Shown here: piece by piece, positions 47,449 to 57,032 of the stretch
How positions within the stretch are numbered: position 1 is the first letter of the stretch
Layout: every line of letters starts with the position of its first letter
Sequence record: NC_014467.1
Reading direction: 5' to 3' (one strand)
DNA length: 64,000 nucleotides
Source of the DNA: Escherichia phage RB16
Program-made: the position numbers and the translations under genes
The notes under the pieces: generated by a model
Database searches by the model: none
Told to the model about the DNA's origin: nothing
Seen by the model: the letters and a program-made list of their open reading frames with translations, nothing else

Positions 47449-47686
47449 CTGTTACGGGTGTATACAAGCACAAAAGCTGTTGACAGAAAAAGGGATAGAA
47501 TATACATTTTATCCCGTTCTGAAAGAAGCGAAAAACGATCTGGGCTTTGAATACGATCGCCCACGTATCGAAGAGTTAGCAAAACGGGTAAGGCAACGTA
47601 GTTTAGCGTTTCAATACCCGCGTATTTTTGTCGATAACAAACTTATCGGCGGTTATCTGCAACTGAAACAACTTATTGGTGATTAA
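47408..47686 (+). CDS. Glutaredoxin-like protein (paralog of NrdC architecture)
   Basis: 92 aa; MKVEIYGIP...NCYGC... with CxxC at the same position as NrdC and a C-terminal P.IF.DN..IGGY.QL. Confidence 0.5.
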   Translation: MKVEIYGIPESLHNCYGCIQAQKLLTEKGIEYTFYPVLKEAKNDLGFEYDRPRIEELAKRVRQRSLAFQYPRIFVDNKLIGGYLQLKQLIGD

Positions 47687-48025
47687 ATGAGCCGTGAAAT
47701 TTTACTCCCTGCTGCAAATGCTGTTCATGCTGAAACGATGGAATATATGGAGAAATTTGTTGAACGTGATAAAACCGCGATCATCACTCCTACTCACCTG
47801 GACGCGCTCGAAGATCGTCTTCACAAGCAGATTAAAGATCAATTCCCTGAAAAGGTTAGCCGCAACTTCATTCGTCAGGAAATCGTTGCAATGATTCTGA
47901 AACATTACGGCGTTGAAATCTTCGGTGTAGAACCACTGAAACCGAAGAAACCGCGTCAAATGCCAACACAGATCACCGACGAAGCAATCAAGAAATACCA
48001 GAAGAAATACGCTAAGAATAAATGA
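47687..48025 (+). CDS. Hypothetical protein
   Basis: 112 aa ORF; ATGA coupling with the downstream gene. Confidence 0.3.
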   Translation: MSREILLPAANAVHAETMEYMEKFVERDKTAIITPTHLDALEDRLHKQIKDQFPEKVSRNFIRQEIVAMILKHYGVEIFGVEPLKPKKPRQMPTQITDEAIKKYQKKYAKNK

Positions 48026-49449
48026 TCTTTAATACGATTGAATGTGTTCCGTCAAGTGGTAAAACAAAGGCGATTCTGAACCATATCAATCAAACGGGCG
48101 AAAAAGCAATCATCGCTTCGATTTCCATGATGTTATCAAAACAGTCTTATGACTATTACATCAACCAGGTAAAAGGGAAACGAGCGGTGATTGTGGACAC
48201 GGATCACCGAACCAAAAGAACCAATAACGATGCGCTGCGTGAAGTAGTCAATGATTACGATGTGATTTTCATCACTCATGCAGCACTGAAAAACATTGAT
48301 GACTTTGATTTGTATAAGGATTTTTCCCTGTACATTGACGAAGTTCCTGATTTGGTTGCGTTCGAAAGTCTGCGATTTAATAGCAATATCAAGCACATAC
48401 GCGAGATTTGCTTGCCGTTTAGTTGCAATGCCGATGATATCGTTGATTTAAAACTTGACGAAGAAAAACGAGAACTGGTTACACGATTAGCCTATGATGG
48501 GCTTCGTAAACGTGATGATATCGCAATGAAGATGTTCCCGCTTTACCGCGCTCTGTTAGGGGCTATTCCGGTGAAGATGCAATGTAGCGATTCGGGATAT
48601 GTCTGTTACTTCGTAGAGGATCATGACGTAAGCCAGTGGAAGTTCAAAAATGTAACCATTGCTTCATCCAACATCAAAGACACGATTACGGGCAAGATCC
48701 TGAAAACGTTTCATGATGTGGAGTTCGAAGAATCACCGCTCCAAAAGCTGGTTGATTTTAAGCAATACAAAAACACGGGACGCATACATATACATGTGCT
48801 CGCAGAGGGGGATTATTCGCGTTATACGGGCGATCTCTCTCAATCTGGGACGACAGTATACACCCAGATTAAAAAACGCGTGGAGGCGCTTCTAGGGGGC
48901 GAACAGTTCATCTACTGCACCAACACGTATCGATCGAAGTTTAGCGAGGGACAAGAAATCCCGTATAACTCGCACGGATTGAACTTCTATTCAAGTTATA
49001 CTAACGTGGTAGCATTATTCAGTTACAACCCGTTACCCTGGCTTCGTCAAATGTTGCGAGCGGTTGCGGTGTCCTCTGGACTCGAAGAGGAAGAATTAGT
49101 TGATGCCTATGTTGTCAGTAAATATTACGAACCAGCCTTTCAGTTATGCGCTCGTTCTGATATCCGACACAACAACAGCAAAAGAAAGATTAATTTATTT
49201 GTGCCTGATATGCGGTTAGCGAAATACATGAAGGAAAAATATTTTCCTGATGCCATTATCGAAACCACAGAAGCAGTTCAAACGAAAAGGCAACGCAAAT
49301 CATTTCAGTCTCTTTTCCAGATGACAGCACAAGAAATTAATGCTTTCAACTGGTACAAGAAGAAACATAAACTTGATTTTGCAGATCCTCTTCATCACGC
49401 GATTGTTAAAGATTGGTTGAACAATTACCGTGAGAAAAAGGCGACTTGA
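48022..49449 (+). CDS. P-loop NTPase of unknown function
   Basis: 475 aa; Walker A-like VPSSGKTKA near the N-terminus and Walker B-like LYIDEVPD; no further family assignment possible by eye. Confidence 0.4.
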   Translation: MIFNTIECVPSSGKTKAILNHINQTGEKAIIASISMMLSKQSYDYYINQVKGKRAVIVDTDHRTKRTNNDALREVVNDYDVIFITHAALKNIDDFDLYKDFSLYIDEVPDLVAFESLRFNSNIKHIREICLPFSCNADDIVDLKLDEEKRELVTRLAYDGLRKRDDIAMKMFPLYRALLGAIPVKMQCSDSGYVCYFVEDHDVSQWKFKNVTIASSNIKDTITGKILKTFHDVEFEESPLQKLVDFKQYKNTGRIHIHVLAEGDYSRYTGDLSQSGTTVYTQIKKRVEALLGGEQFIYCTNTYRSKFSEGQEIPYNSHGLNFYSSYTNVVALFSYNPLPWLRQMLRAVAVSSGLEEEELVDAYVVSKYYEPAFQLCARSDIRHNNSKRKINLFVPDMRLAKYMKEKYFPDAIIETTEAVQTKRQRKSFQSLFQMTAQEINAFNWYKKKHKLDFADPLHHAIVKDWLNNYREKKAT

Positions 49450-49462
49450 GGTCGCCTTTTTT
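49440..49462 (+). terminator. Rho-independent terminator overlapping the stop codon
   Basis: ggcgacttgaggtcgcctttttt. Confidence 0.65.
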
Positions 49463-49465
49463 GTT

Positions 49466-49473
49466 TATAAATA
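49466..49473 (+). promoter_or_regulatory. T4-type late promoter TATAAATA upstream of gp34
   Basis: Exact TATAAATA about 32 nt before the gp34 start. Confidence 0.6.
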
Positions 49474-49504
49474 TCAGTATTGAATAAGATAAAGGAAAAC
49501 GATA

Positions 49505-52500
49505 ATGGTAGCTAAATCATTCCGCGCCACAAGTGGCCTTGATGCTGCTGGCGAAAAAGTTATCAACGTTGGTAAAGCATCCCGCTCTGTGTTGAGCGAC
49601 GGCGTGAACGTTGACTTTTTTAACGAATTTAACACGATCCAACAATACGATTCTACCCGTGGTTATGCTGCGTTTATGGCTATCATGTACGCGCGTCGTA
49701 TTTGGTACGCTCGCGCAGATATTCCATCACCAGCGGGTGCTTTCGATGAAACAAAATGGATCTCAACCCGTAACGATCCAAAATGGGTATATAACAACGT
49801 AACCAGCGCTGACGGTCTCCCTATTGAGTCCGGCACGTACTTAATGGCTGATGGTCGTTTCTCTGAACTGACCTATATTCTGCCAGATTCCCCTGTTGAG
49901 GGTGATATTATCACCATTAAAGACGGTGGCGGTCTTGCAGGTGTAAACAACCTGTTGGTTCGTTCAAACACCCGACAGATCCGTTTGCGTGATATTCAGT
50001 CAAGCTCTTATCGTCTGACTCACCCATACATGACCGTAGCGTTTATCTTTAACGGTAACTTATGGCGTGTTGCTGAAATGCGTGATAACCGCGATTCGCA
50101 GTTTGTGAACGCAACAGGCGCGGGTTCTTTCCAACTACAAGCGGGTATGACAACGTTTCGTAATAGCGGTACTGGTAAAATCACTCTTCAATTGCCGAAA
50201 TATGCAAACGATGGTGACTCTATCACTACCTACGATCTCGATAAACTCAGTTCGGTAAACGTTGCAACTTTACAGGTATATCCTGGTAGCGGTCACACTA
50301 TCACTTATGATAGCATTAACGGCGTAACCTCTGTTGCTTCACAGCGTTCAGGTTATGGTGTGTTTATCTTTGATCAGACTAACAACCGCTGGGTTGTCTA
50401 TGATGGGGATAACCGCGTTCGTCTGCGTCGTATCAGTGACGACCTGAACATGCTCCCGAATGATTATGTTTTCGTTACTCCTATTGCTGGGAACCCTCCT
50501 ACAGTACGTAACGTAACATTAACCCTCCCGCAAGATGTTGCAGAAGGGGATCGCGTGTACATCAGTATGTACATGATGGGTAAAACGCAGAACTGTACGA
50601 TCAAGGTTAAAGATGGTTCCGGTGAAACGATCCGCACCAACAAAAACATGATGCAGTTCCCACAGCGTAAGGATTATCCGCCTAATGATTGGTTCAGTGT
50701 TGACACTCTGACTTTCAACGCCGATACTGACTACCTTCCATACATGGAATTGTCGTATCTGAAAGCTACGAAAGAATGGGTAGTTGCACAATATCGCCCA
50801 ATCATTGAACGTGTCGATCCAACAAACCGTTCTCGTCTGGGTGTGATCGCGCTGGCTACACAAGCAGAAGTAAACAAAAACTTGGAAGATTTACCGTCTG
50901 ATGAACTGGCAGTAACCCCGCGCACACTGGCGAATAAAACCGCTACTGAAACGCGTCGTGGTATTGCTCGACTCGCAACGACAGCAGAAGTTAACCAGAA
51001 CACAACGGCTACTTTCTTGGATGACGTAATCGTAACGCCTAAAAAGCTAAACGAACGTACAGCAACGGAAGATCGTCGCGGTGTGCTGGAAATCGCAACC
51101 CAGGCAGAAACAAACGCGGGTACTGATGACACTACCGCAATAACGCCTAAGAAGCTCGATACGCGTCGTGCAAGCGAAACCTTAGCAGGTATCGGAAAAC
51201 TTGTCACAACGGGTGCTACGACAGCGGAGGGGGCTTTACGTGGGGATGCAGGGACTAACGTCTACAACTTCAACAACGGTGTTGATCTGATCACTCCTAA
51301 ATCGTTGAACGAGAAGACGGCGACCGAAAAATCGAAAGGTTTAGTTGTTCTGGCAACGGAAAACGAAGTTATTACGGGCGCTGCTGCTGGATCTGCTACC
51401 ATGCCGATCGTAGTCACTCCCGAAATGCTTCACCGTAAGACAGCAACAGAAACGCGTATCGGTTTGATTGAAATTGCAACTCAGGCAGAAACGAACACGG
51501 GAACCGATGATTTACGGGCGGTTACTCCGAAGAAACTGAATGATCGCAAAGCAACAGAAGCCCTTGATGGTATTATCGCGCTGGCAAGCACTTCCGAAAT
51601 TGCAGCAGGGACAGTAACCAATAAAGCGGTTGTTCCGGTGAAACTGAAAGAGTTCTTCGATGTTACTGGACATATTGCGGTTGCAACTGATGATGGTTTG
51701 ACTCAATCCGGTACTATCTGGACAACGGTTAACCTGGGGATTGCGTCTGCTACTGAAACACAGCGCGGTACTTTACGTGTTGCGACTCAGGGTGAAACTG
51801 ATGCGGGTACTCTGGATACCGTGTTCATTACGCCTAAAAAACTGCAAGCGAAGAAAGCGACGGATACCGCCGAAGGTATTATTCGTTGTGCGACTAACGC
51901 GGAAGCGGGTGCGGGTACTGCTACTAACTTGGCAATTACTCCGGCTACCATGCAGTTCTTGAACGGTACTGATCCGGCTTGGGGTGCTACAACATTGCGC
52001 CGTGGTGCGGTGTTTATCACTACCAAATCGAATACGTTCATCGGTGATAATCTGGTTGGTTCTACTCAGCCTGTAGATAGCTATCTGGAAGATTTCTACG
52101 CTGTATCGCCTCGCGGTCTGAACTTTGCTCTGCAAAACTTCTTACCGAAAATGGCAACAGCACAGAATAGCTTGAGTCTGGGCGGTGTGGTAGCTGCAAG
52201 CTGGATGCGTCGTGATGCGGATCAAACCGTAACGGGCAACAACACGTTCAACGGTACAAGCAACTTTGTTGGTAATGTAACAACTAACGGGACTCTGACG
52301 GCTAACGCTGCGGTAACTGTTAACAACACCGTAACAACAAACAATAACATTAACCAGTCTGCGAAAGCAAACACGGTTTATGCTAATACTGTTTTGAGTA
52401 CGGCAACCGCTGGAACTAAAAACTTGCTTCGTACCTTCCGTGGCGGTGTGACGGATACTACCTGGCATGAAACTGTTCAGGCAAGCGTGTATCGACTGGC

Positions 52501-53164
52501 AACAGGTACAACGGATCTGGTTGATGTTCTGACTGTAGGTGATATCAGTAACGGTGCTCTGGCGTACTACGGTACGAACATTCGCCTGAATGGTAAAGCC
52601 CTGGCTAACATCAACACTGCTGGTGATCTGTTTGTTGCAAGTGATGCGACTCCTACGGTACAATTACGAACCGCTGCAACTAACGGTTGGAACGGTGTAA
52701 CAATCAGTAACGATAACGGGACAACCACTGCAACCGTGATCAACACCCGAAACTTTACCCAGCATCTTGACAGTACCTATGTCAATACAGCGGGTGATAC
52801 TATGACTGGTGCGCTGTCAGTTAGCGTAAACGGCACGGGTGGACGCTTTACCAGTGTGAGCGGTACGGCACATGTTCAGGCGGGTGATTTCTCTGGTAAC
52901 GTCCAGAAGATGCGCTTAACTGGCATTGACGATAAGGTATTGACTGAATTCAATATCAATATCACCGATTACAACAAAGCGATGATCAACGGAAACCTGA
53001 TCTATCATGCAGGTCGTAAACCAACTCCGGCAGAAATTGGGGCGGTTGCGGTTGCGGGTTCAACTGTAGATACTCTGGTTGTTCGTGATTACATCAAAAT
53101 CGGAAACGTAAAAATCTTCGCAAATCCAACAACTAAGACTTGTGAATTTGTGTGGGAGGAATAA
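49505..53164 (+). CDS. gp34: Long tail fibre proximal subunit gp34
   Basis: 1219 aa; matches T4 gp34 as recalled (RLGVIALATQA, TATETRRGIARLATTAEVNQNT, TPKKLNERTATE, ATQAETNAGTDDTT, C-terminal IRDY..IGNV.I). T4 gp34 is 1289 aa. Confidence 0.9.
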   Translation: MVAKSFRATSGLDAAGEKVINVGKASRSVLSDGVNVDFFNEFNTIQQYDSTRGYAAFMAIMYARRIWYARADIPSPAGAFDETKWISTRNDPKWVYNNVTSADGLPIESGTYLMADGRFSELTYILPDSPVEGDIITIKDGGGLAGVNNLLVRSNTRQIRLRDIQSSSYRLTHPYMTVAFIFNGNLWRVAEMRDNRDSQFVNATGAGSFQLQAGMTTFRNSGTGKITLQLPKYANDGDSITTYDLDKLSSVNVATLQVYPGSGHTITYDSINGVTSVASQRSGYGVFIFDQTNNRWVVYDGDNRVRLRRISDDLNMLPNDYVFVTPIAGNPPTVRNVTLTLPQDVAEGDRVYISMYMMGKTQNCTIKVKDGSGETIRTNKNMMQFPQRKDYPPNDWFSVDTLTFNADTDYLPYMELSYLKATKEWVVAQYRPIIERVDPTNRSRLGVIALATQAEVNKNLEDLPSDELAVTPRTLANKTATETRRGIARLATTAEVNQNTTATFLDDVIVTPKKLNERTATEDRRGVLEIATQAETNAGTDDTTAITPKKLDTRRASETLAGIGKLVTTGATTAEGALRGDAGTNVYNFNNGVDLITPKSLNEKTATEKSKGLVVLATENEVITGAAAGSATMPIVVTPEMLHRKTATETRIGLIEIATQAETNTGTDDLRAVTPKKLNDRKATEALDGIIALASTSEIAAGTVTNKAVVPVKLKEFFDVTGHIAVATDDGLTQSGTIWTTVNLGIASATETQRGTLRVATQGETDAGTLDTVFITPKKLQAKKATDTAEGIIRCATNAEAGAGTATNLAITPATMQFLNGTDPAWGATTLRRGAVFITTKSNTFIGDNLVGSTQPVDSYLEDFYAVSPRGLNFALQNFLPKMATAQNSLSLGGVVAASWMRRDADQTVTGNNTFNGTSNFVGNVTTNGTLTANAAVTVNNTVTTNNNINQSAKANTVYANTVLSTATAGTKNLLRTFRGGVTDTTWHETVQASVYRLATGTTDLVDVLTVGDISNGALAYYGTNIRLNGKALANINTAGDLFVASDATPTVQLRTAATNGWNGVTISNDNGTTTATVINTRNFTQHLDSTYVNTAGDTMTGALSVSVNGTGGRFTSVSGTAHVQAGDFSGNVQKMRLTGIDDKVLTEFNINITDYNKAMINGNLIYHAGRKPTPAEIGAVAVAGSTVDTLVVRDYIKIGNVKIFANPTTKTCEFVWEE

Positions 53165-53169
53165 TTTAA

Positions 53170-54771
53170 ATGGCGAATAACGAATTTATGGCGTTATTCG
53201 GCCCTGATAGTTTCACGGCGAATGTGTTTTCAGAAGCAAACGCCGTGAAATATCGCCTTGTTGTCCGTGGAACGAATAACGATTCTGCGGTCAACTCGGT
53301 TGAGGTATCTATTAACGGGGCTGATATTATAAACAGACGAACACAAGCTGCTCGCGGAATTAACCTGGCTGTCATTGATGGAACAACTTTAGCATTATTG
53401 GATTACAAAGCATTCGATATGTATGGTGATCCTGCTACGAACGGGAATGCGATTAAAGACTACCTGAATTCACTTCCAGCGAACAGAATTGTGTGTTTTT
53501 ATACTTTCGATGCTATCAAAAGTGACGATGACTTTTTAGCAACAATGAGGAAAATAGGTTCTGTTGCGTGGCCTGAAACTCGGTTCTTTAATATCCCGAT
53601 CACCACAACCAATTATTCTCACCGTTCATCCTATTCAGCTATCTATTCATCTACGATGAAAAAGATTTGCATGGAAAACTTTGTCGGTGGTGCTGGTAGC
53701 CTGAAAGACAATACGACGAGTTTTGTTGAAGTTGTGTTTGATGAATTCAGTGATATCGGGGTAACTGGTATTCCAGAAAGAATGGTCGATGATGTCCAGA
53801 CATACCAGACATACCAGAATAGCGGGGATCTTTATGGCTTCCACTCTTACGGGACGTGGATTGTTGGTAGTGATGTTTTTCTGGGCGATATCTTCAAATT
53901 CACGGGTGAACTATATTGTTCGCAAGAACTTCGTGATGCAGGGGGGGAAGTTCACCTGTATATGTGGACTGAAAACAGTACCGGACAATGGATCACATCA
54001 ACCATTCTTCGAACAACTGGATTAGCCCCCGATCAGTGGCATTCATTATCAGGATATTTCACTGTTCCGTCAGATCCAGTAAACACCAAAATGGGTTCGC
54101 AGGTATATCATTATCCGTCTACCGTTAAAGTGAGGCTGGCGCAATGTCGCAACGTCCAGATCACAAAAGTACCTCGCGAAGAAATAAACCGGAATGGTGC
54201 TGCGCTTGGTGTGAACGGTGTTCGAATGCAGACACTTTCCGAAGTGGACGCAAGCGGAAATGAGAACCCGATTGATAAATTGCTTTCTCTACCCGTTTCG
54301 CCTACTGGTGTTGCAAGTGATAAGAAAATCATTTCGCATAACTTTGCTGAACTTGATTATATTGTTTCTGATCCGGTTGAATACACTTCGACAAATACAG
54401 CGGAGTACCAGTTCAAAGAATGGACTGCTACCCAGCAAGCGGCGGTAACGAAAGCATCACTAAGCAGTTATGGCTTAAAAGCTGGTGATACGATTCGTAT
54501 GCAATGCCAAATGAAACGCGATGTGAACGCAATCACTAACGGTAAAAGCGCGTATATCATAATACAGTTCTGGGACGCGAATAATACGTATATCTCAGGG
54601 ATCAACATGCGCGATGTTGGTACGATCCCTAACGTATATTCATTCTACAAAAACGAAGGGGTTATTCCTGCTGGTGCTGTTACGTTTGATTTCGGTTTAT
54701 ACCGTTATCCAAACAACACAAACATCGGTACGGTATCGGCTAAAGACGTTAAACTGTCAATCGTGAGATAA
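53170..54771 (+). CDS. Tail-fibre-locus protein in the gp35 (hinge) position; identity uncertain
   Basis: 533 aa ORF between gp34 and the gp36-like distal fibre genes; no motif recognised. Confidence 0.35.
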   Translation: MANNEFMALFGPDSFTANVFSEANAVKYRLVVRGTNNDSAVNSVEVSINGADIINRRTQAARGINLAVIDGTTLALLDYKAFDMYGDPATNGNAIKDYLNSLPANRIVCFYTFDAIKSDDDFLATMRKIGSVAWPETRFFNIPITTTNYSHRSSYSAIYSSTMKKICMENFVGGAGSLKDNTTSFVEVVFDEFSDIGVTGIPERMVDDVQTYQTYQNSGDLYGFHSYGTWIVGSDVFLGDIFKFTGELYCSQELRDAGGEVHLYMWTENSTGQWITSTILRTTGLAPDQWHSLSGYFTVPSDPVNTKMGSQVYHYPSTVKVRLAQCRNVQITKVPREEINRNGAALGVNGVRMQTLSEVDASGNENPIDKLLSLPVSPTGVASDKKIISHNFAELDYIVSDPVEYTSTNTAEYQFKEWTATQQAAVTKASLSSYGLKAGDTIRMQCQMKRDVNAITNGKSAYIIIQFWDANNTYISGINMRDVGTIPNVYSFYKNEGVIPAGAVTFDFGLYRYPNNTNIGTVSAKDVKLSIVR

Positions 54772-54792
54772 AGGGGCGAAAGCCCCTTTTTC
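54771..54792 (+). terminator. Hairpin plus T-run
   Basis: aaggggcgaaagcccctttttc. Confidence 0.55.
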
Positions 54793-54799
54793 ATAAATA
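54792..54799 (+). promoter_or_regulatory. Late-promoter variant CATAAATA
   Basis: CATAAATA about 24 nt before the 54823 start; one mismatch to TATAAATA. Confidence 0.35.
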
Positions 54800-54822
54800 C
54801 AGTCATTACAGGAGAAATTTTT

Positions 54823-56970
54823 ATGGCTGATTTGAAATTAGGCACAACGCTGGGTGGTGCGGGTATCTGGAGTGCGTCAAACCTCCCTCTGTTGCCCTCT
54901 GGCGACAGATTGACGTATAAAGGGTGGAGAGTATACACCGAAAACGATCGTCCAACAGCGGAGGATATAAACGCCCTCTCGACGATCAACGGCGGTACTG
55001 TTGCGAAGAACACCACGTTCAACCAAAGCGTGACCGTAGGTATTAACTTAACAGCGAACACGCTGTATTCAAAAAGTTATGTCGATATCACCACGGGCGG
55101 GGCTGCTCCGGGTATATTGTTTAAACGTTCTGATGTGACGGGAACACCTTCAACCGAACAGGGCATTATGCAAATCACTGGGGTTAATGCTTCCGGCGTT
55201 GCGCTGGCAACTCTGAATATTAACGCCCGTGCTGACGGTGGTAACAGGATCTATCTGAACGCATACAAAAACGGAACAACAAATACTTCCTTTGTTGTTG
55301 ATTCTGCGAATCAACAGGTATCCGTTGAACTAGGTTCTTTCCGTGTAGCCGGATCATCGACCTTCGCTGCGGTGAGCGCAACCACGTTAAACGTAAGCGG
55401 GGCAATTACTGCTAATACGGTAACTCCTACTGATTGGACAAACCACGATAACCGTTATATCACGGGTATTCCTCGCAGTATGCAGGGAAACAGTTTTGGT
55501 GCTGCTGTTGTAACCGAAAAGAACGATGTTCTGTCAGTTGGTGGTAACGTGATCGATGGGCCTTATGGTAACACTACATATTCTGGTCAGGTTTCGACAT
55601 ATCGACGCACGTTGAATAGTGGTGTATCACTGGTTCAAACTTACTATGACACAAATTCATCATGGATTCGAAGCGGTTCTGGTTCTCCTGGTGCTTGGTC
55701 TTGGTCTGCTGGCGACGCTAATGGTTGGCGACGGATTTATGATACTGCTACTCCGCCAACTCCGGCAGAAGTAGGGGCAGTAAACAAAGCTGGAGATACC
55801 ATGAGTGGTGTTTTAACACTGGCACCTATTTCTCAACCGCTTAAAACGCAAGGCGGTGGTGTTTTTGCGAATGACGGAAACGTGTATATCAATAAAGGAG
55901 GATTTGCTGGATGGATTGATGATTTGTTCTTTAAAAATACAGGAGGTGTTGTAACAGGGACAATCAACCAGGACGGCCTTAATTCTAATGTTTATTGTAC
56001 TTCTGCATTGAGCATAACCGCAACAGGTTCGAAGAATTATCTTCGTCGTTTCCGTGGTGGTAATGGCGACCAGATCTGGCATGAAACTGTTCAGGGCGGC
56101 ACGTATCGTTTAGCAACAGGTGATACAGACTCTGCAAATTTACTTACTATTGAAAGTTCTGGCAACATGATTCTTAACGGTTCTCAAGGTGGTTCATCAA
56201 CCCTATTCCTTGATGCTGACAGTAACAGTGTAGTTTGGTATCGTATGATTAATGGTACGGAAAAGGCAGTAACCTTTGCAAGTAATGACGGTGTATACCA
56301 TATCAGAACAAATAACGTCAGATCAAATACTTGGGATTTTAGAGCGGGTATGATTCTGAACCTGGGCATTTGTTCTGGTTCAGATTATGCATTGATTCGT
56401 GGTACTCCTGATGGTGGCGGTTTGGATCAGTGGCGTGAGCGTTCCTCTGGTTTACAGATCGATATGCCTAACGGTTCTACCTCAGCATATAACATCTGGA
56501 AAGCTACCGTATGGGACGCAACTCATGTTGCTGCTATGGATGTGCATATTCCAAATAATGATGGCGCACAAGCTCGCGTCCGATTGATTCACCAAAGCGG
56601 TGCATATTATCACTTTGATGGTAGCGGTCAATTTACTGCATCTGGTAATGGCAACTTCAACGATGTTTATATTCGTTCTGATGAAAGACTGAAAAGTAAT
56701 CTCAGTAAGATCGAATCTGCATTGGATAAAGTCGATTTGTTGGAAGGTGTGATCTATGATAAAGCGGATCATGTCGGCGGTGAACCTACGTCCCGCGAAG
56801 CTGGTTTGATTGCACAACAACTGCGCGAAGTATTACCGGAAGCGGTTAAAACTGGTGAAGACACCGAAAGGAATGAAATCTTAACGGTTTCTCCGACTGC
56901 GGTTATTGCCTTGCTTGTCAACGCAATTAAAGAACTCCGCGAGGAAATCAGGGAACTTAAATCCCGCTAA
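54823..56970 (+). CDS. Distal long tail fibre protein 1 (gp36-like N-terminus, C-terminal intramolecular chaperone domain)
   Basis: 715 aa; N-terminus MADLKLGTTLGG..IWSASNLPLLPSGD.LTYKGWRVYTENDRPT resembles T4 gp36; C-terminus NDVYIRSDERLKSNL...GLIAQQL resembles the S74 self-cleaving chaperone motif. Confidence 0.7.
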   Translation: MADLKLGTTLGGAGIWSASNLPLLPSGDRLTYKGWRVYTENDRPTAEDINALSTINGGTVAKNTTFNQSVTVGINLTANTLYSKSYVDITTGGAAPGILFKRSDVTGTPSTEQGIMQITGVNASGVALATLNINARADGGNRIYLNAYKNGTTNTSFVVDSANQQVSVELGSFRVAGSSTFAAVSATTLNVSGAITANTVTPTDWTNHDNRYITGIPRSMQGNSFGAAVVTEKNDVLSVGGNVIDGPYGNTTYSGQVSTYRRTLNSGVSLVQTYYDTNSSWIRSGSGSPGAWSWSAGDANGWRRIYDTATPPTPAEVGAVNKAGDTMSGVLTLAPISQPLKTQGGGVFANDGNVYINKGGFAGWIDDLFFKNTGGVVTGTINQDGLNSNVYCTSALSITATGSKNYLRRFRGGNGDQIWHETVQGGTYRLATGDTDSANLLTIESSGNMILNGSQGGSSTLFLDADSNSVVWYRMINGTEKAVTFASNDGVYHIRTNNVRSNTWDFRAGMILNLGICSGSDYALIRGTPDGGGLDQWRERSSGLQIDMPNGSTSAYNIWKATVWDATHVAAMDVHIPNNDGAQARVRLIHQSGAYYHFDGSGQFTASGNGNFNDVYIRSDERLKSNLSKIESALDKVDLLEGVIYDKADHVGGEPTSREAGLIAQQLREVLPEAVKTGEDTERNEILTVSPTAVIALLVNAIKELREEIRELKSR

Positions 56971-56971
56971 T

Positions 56972-56999
56972 TAAAAGCCCTTCGGGGCTTTTTCTTTTT
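56972..56999 (+). terminator. Rho-independent terminator
   Basis: ttaaaagcccttcggggctttttctttt. Confidence 0.65.
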
Positions 57000-57006
57000 A
57001 TAAATA
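56999..57006 (+). promoter_or_regulatory. T4-type late promoter TATAAATA upstream of the second distal fibre gene
   Basis: Exact TATAAATA about 27 nt before the ATG at 57033. Confidence 0.6.
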
Positions 57007-57032
57007 TCATAAAAGCATTTGAGGATCTAATA

